Origin: Octopus sinensis
Taxonomy: Eukaryota
Assembly: GCF_006345805.1 (NCBI RefSeq)
Contig: NC_043005.1
Coordinates: forward strand, 27,590,001-27,654,000
Length of the DNA stretch: 64,000 bases
Reading direction: 5' to 3'
In this document: positions 13,104-25,326 of the stretch, piece by piece
Position numbering within the stretch: position 1 is the stretch's first letter
Layout of the letters: each line of letters starts with the position of its first letter
Position numbers and translations under genes: made by a program
Notes under the pieces: generated by a model
Databases searched by the model: none
The model's input: only the letters and a program-made list of their open reading frames with translations
What the model was told of the DNA's origin: nothing

Positions 13104-13939
13104 GTAACTATCAGCATCCTCATCTTTTTCTTCCACTATTGTTGTTGTTGTTGTTGTTGTTGGAATTCCTCTTTTGCCATCATTGTCTTATTCTTTCCTT
13201 CTTTTTCTCTACCAACCACTTGCAAAATGGAACAATACAATTGCTGTTAAAAATGGGGTGATGCAAGGAGACATCATTAGCCCAACACTGTTTTTAATCT
13301 CTAAATCACTGTTTTTAATCCTGTAACCCTCAGGTCTGTAATGTCTTCATCACACAACTGGCAGGGTGTGGACTTGTGGAGCTTTTCAAATCAAAGCCTT
13401 AGCCATTTGCTCTTAGTAATCAGAGATCTGCTTTACACTAGCATGTGTCAACAAGCTACACATCCAGAAAGTGACCTGCAGGAGATTATGGATAGATTTT
13501 CAGGCGCCAAAACTGAAATGAGACTTTTGATAAGTTTGTAGAAAAATATAAATTGTGTTTTCACTCTTGGCTCTGGGAATCCTTACTATATAGGCCATCA
13601 ATATTAGGGTGCAGCACTCACAGGAATGGGGAGGCACAGTACAGCTTTTGGTGGGATGGGAGCTCAACTGGCATCATGGATATGTGTGTGTGTGCATGGA
13701 AGATGGGCGTTAAACAGTGATGATGATGAAGATATATCTGAGATATATTCATACTTAGACATTATTGTGTGATTGAGAAGCTTGCTTTCCAACCATGCAG
13801 TTTTGGTTTATCCCCACTAAAGGTACCATGCACAAACGACTTCTACTTTAGCCTTGCAGCAACCAAAGCTTTGTCAGTGGGCTTTGTAGACAGAAGCTGG
13901 AAGAAGTCCTTGTTGTGTGTGTGTGTGTGTATTCTTTTA

Positions 13940-14130
13940 TTCTTTTACTTGTTTCAGTCATTTGACTGTGGCCATGCTGGAGCACTGCTTTTAGTCGAAC
14001 AAAACAAACCCTAGGACTTATTCTTTGTAACTCTGGTACTTATTCTATCGGGCTCTTTTGCTGAACTGCTAAATTATGGGGATGTAAACACACCAGCATC
14101 AGTTGTCAAGTGATGGTGAGGGGACAAACA
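13940..14130 (-). mobile_element. Abundant dispersed ~190-bp SINE-like repeat (other copies near 1375, 16165, 19665, 26265, 38720, 40600, 46060, 60190)
   Basis: Recurrent sequence TTTTACTTGTTTCAGTCATTTGACTG.GGCCATGCTGGAGCAC...CTAAGTTACGGGGA.GTAAACACACCAGCATC in both orientations. Confidence 0.8.
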
Positions 14131-14179
14131 CATACACAAACACACACGTGCACACACACATATATATATATATATACAT

Positions 14180-14340
14180 GATGGGCTTCTTTCAGTTTCC
14201 GTCTACCAAATCTACTCACAAGGCTTTATTCGGCCTAAGGCTATAGTAGAATACACTTGCCCAAGGTGCCACACAGTGGAACTGAACCTGGAACCATGTG
14301 GTTGGTGAACAAGCTACTTACCACACAATCACTCCTGCGC
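14180..14340 (-). mobile_element. CORE-like SINE (other copies near 466, 1590, 16440, 19195, 22210, 33190, 38540, 39270, 46275, 62650)
   Basis: GGTTCAGTCCCACTG.GTGGCACCTTGGGCAAGTGT...GGATTTGGTAGACGGAAACTGAAAGAAGCC. The ACCTTGGGCAAGT block resembles the CORE-SINE domain. Confidence 0.75.
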
Positions 14341-15236
14341 CTATGTATATACTCCTGTCCTGATATCATGTGATGGTTACAAATGTGCATCATTGTCATA
14401 CAAGTGATGATGTTCATTTCTAATTTTCTATGAAAAATATGTTTGGCCATAGTGAAATATTACCTTGCCTGGAAATAGGAGATAGTTGGTAGTTAGAAGA
14501 GCATCCAGCTGCAGTAGAAACTCTGTCTGACTCCTGCTTGTGTGTATGTATATATCTATCTATACATATATGTGTGTGTTTGTGCATGTGTGTGTATAGA
14601 ATGTTAAGGAGAACATTGTACGAAATGTGAGTCCTGAATAATATACTTTCTGATGAAGGAGGCAGTATCCAATTTTGGGAGTGAAAATACCCTTAAAATT
14701 TACAGATTACTGTGCCCCTGAAACAGCAGTAAAAAGATTACCACCAACAATTTATCTAAACAGGATTACCTATTTTCTGGGAATATTTACATATATCTTT
14801 TGAAAAATTCAATCTCAACACTATGATTTTCCTTTATTCACTCTTTTTCTTAGACTTTATTCCCCCTTTCATAAGGGCATATTTATTCTTAACTAATTTT
14901 TACAACATTATTTAATACAACTGTAATTCTAAATGTTTCCATACATATCTTTATACATCTACACTTTTATAACTTAATCCCATTCATCTATTTAATTATG
15001 TATGTTAAATTTTTATATATTTATGTATTCATAGATTTTTAATATATTTTAATATTTTAATGACCGATACATTTGTATATTTAAAAACTGATGTACATCG
15101 ACGCATGGTGCAATATATGTTTATATAAATTGTTGAACCTATTAGAATTCTCTTTAACATTTTTTATATCTTCTGTCTCAGGCTTTTATTTGAGCACTTC
15201 AAACTACTGCCTATACAATACACAAAGAAATCTTAC

Positions 15237-15278
<42 letters not shown>

Positions 15279-15329
15279 TACACACACACATGCACACACA
15301 AACACACTAAGTAGTGTGTTTATGAGGCT

Positions 15330-15710
15330 TGTGTCATTATGTGACTTCTTAATATCAGTGAAACATAGACAACCCATCAAAGACATGCAAGAGGGCTTCA
15401 ACTTTCTACCAAAAATGCTTGAAGTATTTATTATTGCCATTGAGCATGATATAGTAAGGCTTCAATGACCTGAACATCAAAAGACACCTCCTATAAAGAA
15501 GATGGAACTGGGCTGGTCATGTGTCTTGTGTAAATGGCTATTGAAATTAATGTTAATAGCATTTTGAGAGGACTAAGCATAAGCTGTTGAGGTCTGACCT
15601 AAGAAAATTAGGAATTGTGATCAAGAACTGGGAAGAAATTGCAGAGAGCCATATGGCATGGAGAAAGCGTATTTATGATGGGGGAGTGAGAAATGGTGGT
15701 CGATAGTACA
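15330..15710 (+). mobile_element. Degenerate RTE/BovB-like LINE C-terminal relic
   Basis: Fragments (W)AGHV.. and LRKLGIVIKNWEEIAESHMAWRK. Confidence 0.55.
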
Positions 15711-16372
15711 TCCCTTGTACATTACTTTTTGCAATTAGCAGCATGGACAACATACAACTCGGCTCAGAGTGTGCTCCAAATGAAGACTTGATATGCACTC
15801 TCTGCTGTTGTATCCTTCTGCCTGGGATTTGGGATTCAGTAAGCGTATAAAGTTGTGTGCAAGGTTGTCAAGCGCGTATTAGTGGCCAACCTGTATGTCA
15901 GGTCTGCTGGTTAAAGTCAGCTAAACAAGGCACATTATTGTCACATACCTTAGTAATTATACATAGTGAAGTTATTCAGGTGTGAAGTTTGAAACTGAAT
16001 TTGTAGGTCAGCTGCAAAATTTTTAAAAAGCTACTTCATGCAATATGTGAGGAAGTTAATGCCTCATAAAGTGAAAAGAAAGACTGGCAGTAGGAACAGT
16101 TTGTCCCAGGAGCAAATTGACAACCACCTTAAATACATATTGCATGTGTATACGTATATTCTTTTCTTTTATTCTGTTACTTGTTTCAGTCATTAGACTG
16201 GCCATTCTGGAGTATCACTTTTAGTTGAGCAAATCTATCCCGGGACTTATTCTTTGTAAGCCTGGTATTTATTCTATCGGTCTCTTTTGCTGAACCACTA
16301 AATTATGGGGATGTAAATGTACCAGCATCATTTGTCAAGCCATGTTTTGTGGGGACAAACATATACACAGAC

Positions 16373-16437
<65 letters not shown>

Positions 16438-16714
16438 CTCACAAGGCTTTGGTCAGCCCAAGGCTATAGTAAAAGACAGTTGCCAAAGGTACCACACAGT
16501 GGGACTGAACCCAGAACCATGTGGTTGGTAAGCAAGCTACTTAACACACAGCCACTCTTACGCTTAACAGCCACTCTTGCGCCTGTATATTCAATACAGG
16601 GAAAAACAATTTCCTTTATAGGGATGGAAAAAACATCCAATTTTCCACTGGCTTTTCAGTAAATACCCAATATGGCAGAGAAAATCTTTTCACAATTCAA
16701 AAGGGTATATGTAT

Positions 16715-17768
16715 ATATAAGAATGAATGTTTTTATATATAATGAACGTGAAATACAGGAAGGGACGAACACGGAACACAGACAAATCATTCGAAGCCTT
16801 CAATCTTCAGTCAGACACCGAATCATCATAGCAAATTTCGGCTGTTCAATTCTGATATTTGCTCCAACTCGGCCAGCCCCAAGAAAAAAAACTAAGCTGT
16901 AAGCATTAGATTTCTTGGTAGAAGACAGGAATGTGAATGCACAAGACGGATGTGAATACAAGAGACGAAAACGAAATTGAAAACAGTAATGAATAAACAA
17001 AATATATATAACGGTGGTTGTCATACGACTTTAGACCAAATGAGACAGAAACAACAACAACATAGCTGGCGTAGAAATAATTACCGTTTCGGTAGCGGGG
17101 ACACATGTTGGTCGAGATACGAAGGCCAACAGAATGGTTTAAGAAGCAGCAGGTCGCAGGAGAGAGAGAGAAAGAGAGACAGAGAGAGAGGGAATCAAAG
17201 AGGGTGGAAGGCAGGGGACAGAATCAGTGACCAAGAGAAAAGGAGAAAGAAGGGATTAAGGAGGAGGGGAGGAGGATGGGAGGAAGAGAGGGGAAGAATC
17301 GGAGGGCGCCAAAAAGTTTGGTGAAGAAGCAATGGCGGGCAGGAAAAACAGTGTGTATAGAAGTCGTGCAGGGTTTAAAATTGGACAAACAAACGGGGGG
17401 GTGCACGTAACGCCGCAATAATATAAGAATGAATGTTTTTATATATAATGAACGTGAAACACAGGAAGGGACGAACACGGAACACAGACAAATCATTCGA
17501 AGCCTTCAATCTTCAGTCAGACACCGAATCATCATAGCAAATTTCGGCTGTTCAATTCTGATATTTGCTCCAACTCGGCCAGCCCCAAGAAAAAAAACTA
17601 AGCTGTAAGCATTAGATTTCTTGGTAGAAGACAGGAATGTGAACGCACAAGACGGATGTGAATACAAGAGACGAAAACGAAATTGAAAACAGTAATGAAT
17701 AAACAAAATATATATAACGGTGGTTGTCATACGACTTTAGACCAAATGAGACAAAAACAACAACAACA
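16715..17768. repeat. 1.5-copy partial tandem: 348-bp direct repeats (16715-17062, 17421-17768) around a 358-bp purine-rich core
   Basis: Period 706 bp, 3 mismatches seen between copies. No TG..CA termini. Confidence 0.9.
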
Positions 17769-17798
17769 ACACACACACAAAAATTAAAAGAAAATGGT

Positions 17799-18387
17799 GA
17801 TTTATGATTGACATATTTTAAATATAATTTATTAACATAATGTTATATTACAAAGGTGGTAAGCTGGCAGAAATGTTAGCACACCGGGCAAAATGCTTAG
17901 CGGTATTTCGTCTGTCTTTATGTTCTGAGTTCAAATTCTGCCGAGGTTGACTTTGCCTTTCATCTTTTGGGGTTGATAAATTAAATACCAGTTGTGTACT
18001 GGGATCGATCTAATCAATTGCCCCCCCCCTTCCCAAAAATTTCAGGCCATGTGCCTAGAATAGAAAAAAAAATAATATTATATTACAATAAATATAACAT
18101 AATATGAATAGAAATGCAAATGTTAATCCTACAAATTGTTTTGATTAATATTTTAATTTTTTATATTAGATTTTTAAATTATTGATGCTCATGCTTACAA
18201 ATATATTTTAATAGTCTTTGCTTGGATTTGACCATCCTTCCATGTAATTTTGTCTAATTTTGTCAAATATTTCCCTGAGCAGATTCATACCCCAAAATAT
18301 GAATTGAGATAATTTTGAGGATTAATATTTGTATTTCTAGTCATATTATGTTAATAAATTATATTTAAAATATGTCAATTGTAAATC
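17799..18387. mobile_element. AT-rich MITE-like element with nested SINE
   Basis: TIR GATTTATGATTGACATATTTTAAATATAATTTATTAACATAAT and its reverse complement at about 18345-18387. SINE at about 17853-18065 flanked by TTATATTACAA direct repeats. Confidence 0.7.
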
Positions 18388-18411
18388 TCAGTTTTTGTGT
18401 ATATATATATA

Positions 18412-19168
18412 TCATCATCATCATCATCATCATTTAGCGTCCGTTTTCCATGCTAGCATGGGTTGGACGGTTCTACTGGGGTCTGTGAAGCCAGAAGGCT
18501 TCATCAGGCCCAGTCAAATCTGGCAGTGTTTCTACGGCTGGATGCCCTTCCTAACACCAACCACTCCGTGAGTGTAGTGGGTGCTTTTTACGTGCCACCC
18601 GCACTGGTGCCAGACAGAGCTGGCAAACGGCCACGAACGGATGGTGCTTTTTATGTGCCACCGGCACGAGGGCCAGGCGAGGCTGGCAACGGACACGAAA
18701 CGGGGCGGTGCTGGCAACGGTCGCGAAACGGAAAGTTCTCTTACATGCCACGGCACTGGTAACACATCTGCAATTTCCATTGATCGATTTCCATTGATCG
18801 ATTTCGATTCTGATCCTCACTGCCTCAATGGGTCTTCACAAGCAGAGTTTCGACATGCCACCGGCACTGGTAGCACATCCGCAATTTCCATTGATCGATT
18901 TCGATTCTGATCCTCACTTGCCTCAACACGTCTTCACAAGTAGAGTTTTGTGTCCCAAGAAGGGAAGGTATGCATACGTAGGCTGGCTCCATCCCATGTA
19001 GAAGGCCACGGGTTGTGGACTCACTTGTCCTGCCGGGTCTTCTCGCGCACAGCACACTTCCAGAGGTCTCGGTCTCTAGTCATTTCCTCAGTGAGACCTA
19101 AAGTTCGAAGGTCGTGCTTCACCACCTCGTCCCAGGTTTTCCTGGGTCTGCCTCTTCCACAGGTTCCC
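18412..19168 (-). mobile_element. RTE LINE 3' end (ORF C-terminus plus 3' UTR plus tail)
   Basis: Minus strand GTCGRGRPRKTWDEVVKHDLRTLGLTEEMTRDRDLWK...*, then UTR units and (GAT)n. Truncated at a (TA)n run. Confidence 0.9.
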
Positions 19169-19500
19169 TATATATATACACATAAACACAGGAATGGCTG
19201 TGTGGTAAGAAGCTTGCTTCCCAACCACATTGTCCTGGGTTCAGCAATCTTGGGTAAGTGTCCTCTACTATAGCCTCAGGCTGATCAAAGCCTTTTGTGT
19301 GGATTTGGTAGACAGAAACTGAAAGAAGCCTGTTGTATATGGCTAAGATCAAGGTCTAATATCTACTCTTAACAGTTAAATATATATATATATATGTTTA
19401 GTAAATCCAAAAATGCGAAGAACAAGCACAAGAAAACAACAATGCGAGGAATTGGTACATGTAAACTATTAGCAGATGCTCAGGAACGGAAGGAAAGGTG

Positions 19501-19535
19501 GTTTTATGTTTCGAGCAAAGTGTTTCTTCAGAAAC
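19501..19535 (-). ncRNA. Decayed minimal hammerhead motif
   Basis: GTTT-CTGAAGA-AACACTTTGCTC-GAAAC-AT-A-AAAC. Helix I intact, helix II decayed. Confidence 0.5.
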
Positions 19536-20091
19536 AGGTGTCACAGGAAATTCCAGTAGGAAAGGAAGATAGAGGGAAAAAAATCGCCAACGATTCACAT
19601 GTGGTTACATTTTGTGGTGATATATGTGTGTGTATATGTCCGTGTGTCTGAGTTTATCCCTCCACTATCGCCTGGCAACCAGTATTGGTGTGTTTATGTC
19701 CCCGTAACTTAGTTGTTCGGCAAAAGACACCAATAGAATAAGTACTAGGCTTACAAGGAATAAGTCCTGGGGGTCGATTTGTTCAACTAAAGGGTAGTGC
19801 TCCAGCATGGCCATAGTCAAAATGACTGAAACGAATAAAAGAATACAGAATATTACTATATGCAGCTTTAGTTTAACCTTAACAGTATTTAAAGAACTAC
19901 AGTCATGTGTAATGGTCATTTTGCCTCCCTTCAGAGTTCAAATTCTTCTGAGGTCAACTTTTGTCCTACATTATATCAGATTCAATAAAGTAAATTTTGA
20001 GTTAAGCACTATCAACACTCTCTCTGCTCTAAAAATTACTGACCATGAGACAAAATTAGAAAGAATTGCCATTTTCCTTCTATGATTTCAG

Positions 20092-20307
20092 TTTGTTCTG
20101 TTTGAGAGAAGAAGGAGAAGCATTTGTAGTATTCAATTCCTTCCGGCAACGCCTGGCTAAACTGATTATTCCAGTTCCTCCCGACCTTGATTGCAAACTA
20201 TTAAAAACTATCTGTGACTGCTTAAGGGAGAACCCATTATGGTCGACTGCCCATATAGCAGCTTATGTAGGCTATGAAGATGCTTTCAAGAATGTGGATG
20301 TCTTAAG
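20092..20307 (+). CDS. PLA2G6: PLA2G6 coding exon 3 (LFCLREEGEAF...RENPLWSTAHIAAYVGYEDAFKNVDVL)
   Basis: tttcag acceptor, aag/gtaatt donor, 216 nt, phase 2-2. PxWSxAHxA motif typical of PLA2G6. Confidence 0.92.
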
Positions 20308-22928
20308 GTAATTATATTTCTGGCCTTTTCCAGGAATTCTTTTCACTTTTCCATGTTGTCATTATATTGTCATCGCCATTAATCATTATCATCATCAGTT
20401 TCAGTGTCATTGTGATCATTATTACTTACCATTGTCATTATTTTGTCATCATTCTCACCAACAGCATCATTATCATCATACTGTCAACACTATCATTGTC
20501 TTCATTATCACTGACACCATCTTTATTGTCATATTATCAATAGTGTTATTGTTATTATGACCACCATTCGCCATTGTTACTCTTATAACTACCATCATAG
20601 ATATGTCATTGTCATTACCATAATCATCACTATCAACATCATCATCATCAACATCATGATCCTCATTATTGTTATTTCAAATGTTTGTTAAACCTTGATA
20701 GAAGCAGGTTGACCAGTTCTGTAGTAAAACTCAAGTGTATGTTCTGCTGTAGAAGGAAACCTGTTCCCTCTGTGTATGCCACTGGTCCACTGCAGTACGA
20801 ACGGTCCTGCTTCCACATGCACTATTTTCATGATAAAGTTCACAAAAGCAATTAAGTTTGCATCCAATGAGAAGAGCAAATTATACATTTTTTTTTAAAT
20901 TACAAGGAAAAGAGGGACTGCTCTTCAGCCTTGCAGACTGGGAAGATTGGTGTAGTTTGTAAATGCAAGCAGAGGCCTGCCCTGCCTAACAAAGCTGCAC
21001 CAATAGAGGTGCCACCTCTTATAAACAGAACAGGGTCACGGGAACACAAAGTAAACATGAACCAGTGCCTGATCTGTGCACGCATCAAACTGATTGACCT
21101 CAACCAGACACACCTGTGACCCATCTTCTCACATGTGATGTCTTTGGTCATTGCTGGCAATGATGGATGACTATTATTTCTGGAGAAGAAAAAGATGGAG
21201 CAAAGATTTAGTGCAGAATCTAGCCTGATGTGTCTTAGTATATTTGATGGATTAGAGGGACAGGTTAATCTGGATTTGTGTAACTCAGGTGATGCAGGAC
21301 TGTTGAGATATTGTGGCTCTCAGACTGCATTTTATTGATTTTCTTAATAGCATAAATCAACAAAATTTACACACACATTTGTTCAATTAAAGACGGTGCT
21401 CCAGCATGGCTGCAATTAAAGACTGAAACAAATAAAAGAATATGCATACTCAATGGATTTCCGTAAAATTTTGATCCAAAAGCTTCTATTCATAAGTCAG
21501 TGGTGAACATGACAAACATGAGCTTGATACAATTAGCAAAGACTTAATAATGCTTTTCTGTGGAACAAATTTACATGTCACAATGGAAACGAACCTTACT
21601 ATGATAAACTTTTTAGATTCCACTCTGCATCTTGATACAAGAAGACTTAGCTCTTACCATAATCCAAATGAAGTTTTATATGAATATGGATTCTAACCAC
21701 CCACCATCATTTTGCACCATAGGGTCTTTAATATATGTTGGAATATATTTCCATTATCTTTAGTTGAAACTACTTTCGGTGATGAATCTCAAAACTAAAA
21801 CACAGCACCACTATGTCAAATGTAATGCTTATTTATTCACATTGTTTTGAATTTATCCTGCATTCTCTTGTAGCCTTCAGATTTCAATGAAGTAATTTTT
21901 ATTTTTAGAGTAATATTTTAGGGTGGGAGTGAGAGGCCAGATCTGGCCAGTTTGAACAAGTAGAATGTTTTGGCCAGATATGGTTGGTGTAAATGCTAAA
22001 GAATTAAACCCTTTAGCATTTTTGATATTTAAGGAAACAGAGGTCAAACCCATGGAATTACTCCAAAATATCTCTGATGACAGAGCTTCACAATTTGGTT
22101 TCTGATCCTGATAATAATGAGACCAATCTTTATTATAGATTGTACTTCATTAAATGTTACACTATTTGGAGTACAGTCAGAACAACTTACTGTCCAGCAT
22201 AGGTCATATGTAAATTGTTTGGAAATAAGTTTGCTTCCAAACTACATGGTCCTAGGTTCAATCCACTGCACGGCACCTTGGGCAAGTGTCTGTTACTACA
22301 CCATTGTGTGTGAATTTGGTAGACAGAATCTGAAAGAAGTCTATTGTATATATATATGTATATGTATATATATATACATACATATATACACACAGACACA
22401 CACACAGACATATACATATACACACATCATCATCATCATTTGATGTCTATTGTCCATGCTGGCATGAATTGGACAGTTTGACCAGGGCTAGCCAGCCAGA
22501 AGGCTGCACCAGGCTCCAGTCTGATTTGACATGGTTTCTACTGCTGGACGCCCTTCCTAATGCCAACCACTCCAAGAGTGTAATGGGTGCTTTTACATGC
22601 CACCAGCATGTGTGCCATTTGTGTGACACCAGTATCTGCCACAACTGTGATTTTACTTGGCTTAATGGGTCTTCTTCTCGAGCACAACATAATGCCAAAG
22701 GTCTTGGTCATTGCCTCTGTGAAGCCCAACACTTGAAAGGAACTCAGCCACTTTGCCTCTGTGAGGCCCAATGCTAGGTTCCCTTCACAGAGATCAGCAC
22801 TTCTTTACACACACACACACACACATATATATAGTCAAATCAAATAAACAAACAATAAAATTAACAAAAACAGGCAACAAGACGACGTGCACAAGGAATG
22901 TATTAGATTGATGCTCAGTAAAAAGAGA

Positions 22929-22965
22929 GTTTTTAATGTTTTGAGCATAGCTCTTCATCGGAAAG
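22929..22965 (-). ncRNA. Decayed minimal hammerhead motif
   Basis: CTTT-CCGATGA-A-GAGC-TAT-GCTC-AAAAC-AT-T-AAAA (U4C, G12A). Confidence 0.45.
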
Positions 22966-23220
22966 GAAAAAGAGAAAAGAAGGAAAAAAAATAATCACCA
23001 ACAGCATGTGTGTAGTTACAATATTCACACACACACACACACAAACCTATCTTGTAGATATGTTAACTGGGCAAATTTAAGTATTTCTATGTAGATTGTA
23101 AAAATGAACAGCCTTAATCAATTTTCAAACCTTATGGGAGGGGGGAATCTCATCAATTTGACCAGTCCCAGAGAAACAAGCTGTGTGTGTGTGTATACAC
23201 TCCTCGTTTTTATTATCCAG

Positions 23221-23395
23221 GCACATAAATGAACAATCACAAATTACGGGTAAAACGGCTTTGATGGTTGGTGTCAAGAATAACAATTTCCAGTGTGTGA
23301 AGACGATGTTAAAGAATGGTGCAATGACAGATCTGAATGACAGAGATGGCAACACTATATTCCACTATGCCATCCACTCCAAAGAAGTTATCATG
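23221..23395 (+). CDS. PLA2G6: PLA2G6 coding exon 4, ankyrin (HINEQSQITGKTALM...DGNTIFHYAIHSKEVIM)
   Basis: atccag acceptor, atg/gtaatt donor, phase 2-0. Ankyrin GxTALM and GNTIFHYA motifs. Confidence 0.93.
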
Positions 23396-23586
23396 GTAAT
23401 TCATCTCTTTTAATCTATCTCACTCTTTCATTTCTTCTTGTTCTTACTTTGGTCTCACTTCTCTCTCTCTCTCCTGTTTCATATATATATATATATATAT
23501 ATAACGAGAAGCCTTATGAAAATAAACAAAAGACGAAGGCAGGTGGAATATAAACAAACAATTGTATTAGTATGGCGCTCAGCAAG

Positions 23587-23624
23587 TCTTTTACGTTTCG
23601 AGTCTATGCTCTTCAGCAGAAAGA
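23587..23624 (-). ncRNA. Minimal PLE-type hammerhead motif (A6C variant, loopless ACGT helix III)
   Basis: TCTTT-CTGCTGA-A-GAG-CATAGA-CTC-GAAAC-GT-A-AAAGA with a 5-bp helix I. Confidence 0.65.
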
Positions 23625-23652
23625 TACACAGAAAAGAAACACAGAAAGAAAC

Positions 23653-23702
<50 letters not shown>

Positions 23703-23731
23703 CAAATGAAAAACAGGACACATAGGATTTT

Positions 23732-23824
23732 GCGGTACATATGTTTCGGGCTTTATTGAACAACTTATTCCTATATCAATGCATAATTGATATAACAGAT
23801 AGATCAAAAGCCTTCTTCAGCTGC
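23732..23824 (-). ncRNA. Type I hammerhead motif, left arm of palindrome
   Basis: Mirror of 24107-24199. Helix I GCAG/CCGC has one mismatch. Confidence 0.65.
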
Positions 23825-24106
23825 GTACAATTACCACACCAAAGACATGTATCACATTATAACAGGTTTGAGAAAAAACCGAGTTTCATTGGGAAAGTAA
23901 ATCCTCATAGGCGTACATGGTATTGCGAGACTCCAAAACAAATCGACCATACCGTTTTTTCACTCAAGTGAAAAAATGGTATGGTCGATTTGTTTTGGAG
24001 TCTCGCAATACCATGTACGCCTATGAGGATTTACTTTCCCAATGAAACTCGGTTTTTTCTCAAACCTGTTTTAATGTGATACATGTCTTTGGTGTGGTAA
24101 TTGTAC

Positions 24107-24199
24107 GTGGCTGAAGAAGGCTTTTGATCTATCTGTTATATCAATTATGCATTGATATAGGAATAAGTTGTTCAATAAAGCCCGAAACATATGTACCGC
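24107..24199 (+). ncRNA. Type I hammerhead motif, right arm of palindrome
   Basis: GTGG-CTGAAGA-A-GGCTTT-[52 nt with TATATCAAT/ATTGATATA hairpin]-AAAGCC-C-GAAAC-ATAT-GTA-CCGC. Complete core, GUA site, palindromic ATAT loop. Confidence 0.78.
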
Positions 24200-24333
24200 A
24201 AAATCCTATGTGTCCTGTTTTTCATTTGATACATATATCCTATCACCTATGCCACTAACTGGCATATACAGGTGCTTACATTTATCAAGTATTCACCCTG
24301 AATTTATTATATATATGTATATGTATATGTATA

Positions 24334-24393
<60 letters not shown>

Positions 24394-24396
<3 letters not shown>

Positions 24397-25277
24397 GAGG
24401 GTGCAATGGATAAATTGTCACCATTTTATATTTTCAATTTCGCACAAGCACATTGTTTTTGATATTGTCAATTACACAGTATAGCAAAGTCAGCTGGCCA
24501 CCGTCTGTGAGAAAAACAGCACCATGACACAATTCACATTTGGAAACAACATGCTGTACTGCTTAGCATTCATGCCAGAAGCTCCACTACAAACATTTCA
24601 GAGTTTTTGGGTGTCAATCTGAGGGCAGTGCAGTCTGAGGACATGTAGCCAAGAATGCTAAAGATCAAACATCCAGTCAACATCATGGTGTTTAGAATGA
24701 TCACTGGTGATTGCAATGTTATGCATCCGTTCATCTTTCCACACAGCCTCAGACTCAACACCGAGGCTTACATCAAGTGCCTGGAGAAGATAGTGCCACC
24801 CTGGGTCAAGAGGGTGGCTACTGGAAGACCTTATGTCTGGCAACAGAACTCTGTATCATACAACACAAGCAGGAGAACCTAGTCATGGCCATCAGACAAT
24901 TTCTGTGACCACATCACCCCTAATATCTGACCACCTAACTCCTCAGACTGCAACCCCCTTGATTATTATGTGTGGGGCACAGTTGAGTGACAGACCAACA
25001 AAACTCCTTGTAACACCAAAGATGAACTGAAAGCAAGGATTATGGCAGTATTCACCAACTTAAACAAGACAACGATCCAGAAGAGTTGCAGGAGATTCCA
25101 AAGTCATCTGGAGGCCATGGTTGAAGCCAATGGCGATTTTATTGAATGAATTTACTGTTTAGTATTTCAAGTTATTTTAATGTAATTTTGGTAAGTATAT
25201 CAGTTAAAATGAGATGTCAGTGTTATTTTCATTTTTGTGTAATTTAGACAACAATTTGTTCACCCCGCCACTCTGTA
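24394..25277 (+). mobile_element. Internally deleted Tc1/mariner-superfamily DD37D (maT-like) transposon relic
   Basis: Frame with stops: KHPVNIMVF...YVWQQ(N)S...PPNSSDCNPLDYYVWG...EANGDFIE*. There are 37 residues between the second catalytic position and the NPLD Asp. Weak degenerate TIRs. Confidence 0.8.
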
Positions 25278-25295
25278 TGTGTGTGTGCGTGTGTA

Positions 25296-25326
<31 letters not shown>

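Larger units (their letters stand above)
23698..24233. repeat. 536-bp fold-back palindrome (267-bp arms, 2-nt spacer)
   Basis: Arms 23698-23964 and 23967-24233 are reverse complements with 4 mismatches seen. Centre TTTTTTCACT-CA-AGTGAAAAAA. Confidence 0.97.

Noticed and set aside
14650-14680. CTGATGA-A-GGA...TCC half hammerhead
   Set aside because: No GAAA after helix II. At best a heavily decayed remnant.
16780-16880. Minus-strand CTGAAGA..TTCGAA and GGCTG..CAGCCGAAA motifs in the 706-bp unit
   Set aside because: The pieces are in the wrong order or lack pairing to form one hammerhead.
20690-21180. Non-repetitive, GC-richer stretch with short ORFs in intron 3
   Set aside because: All frames are interrupted, no splice-compatible exon is needed between exons 3 and 4, and no family is recognisable.
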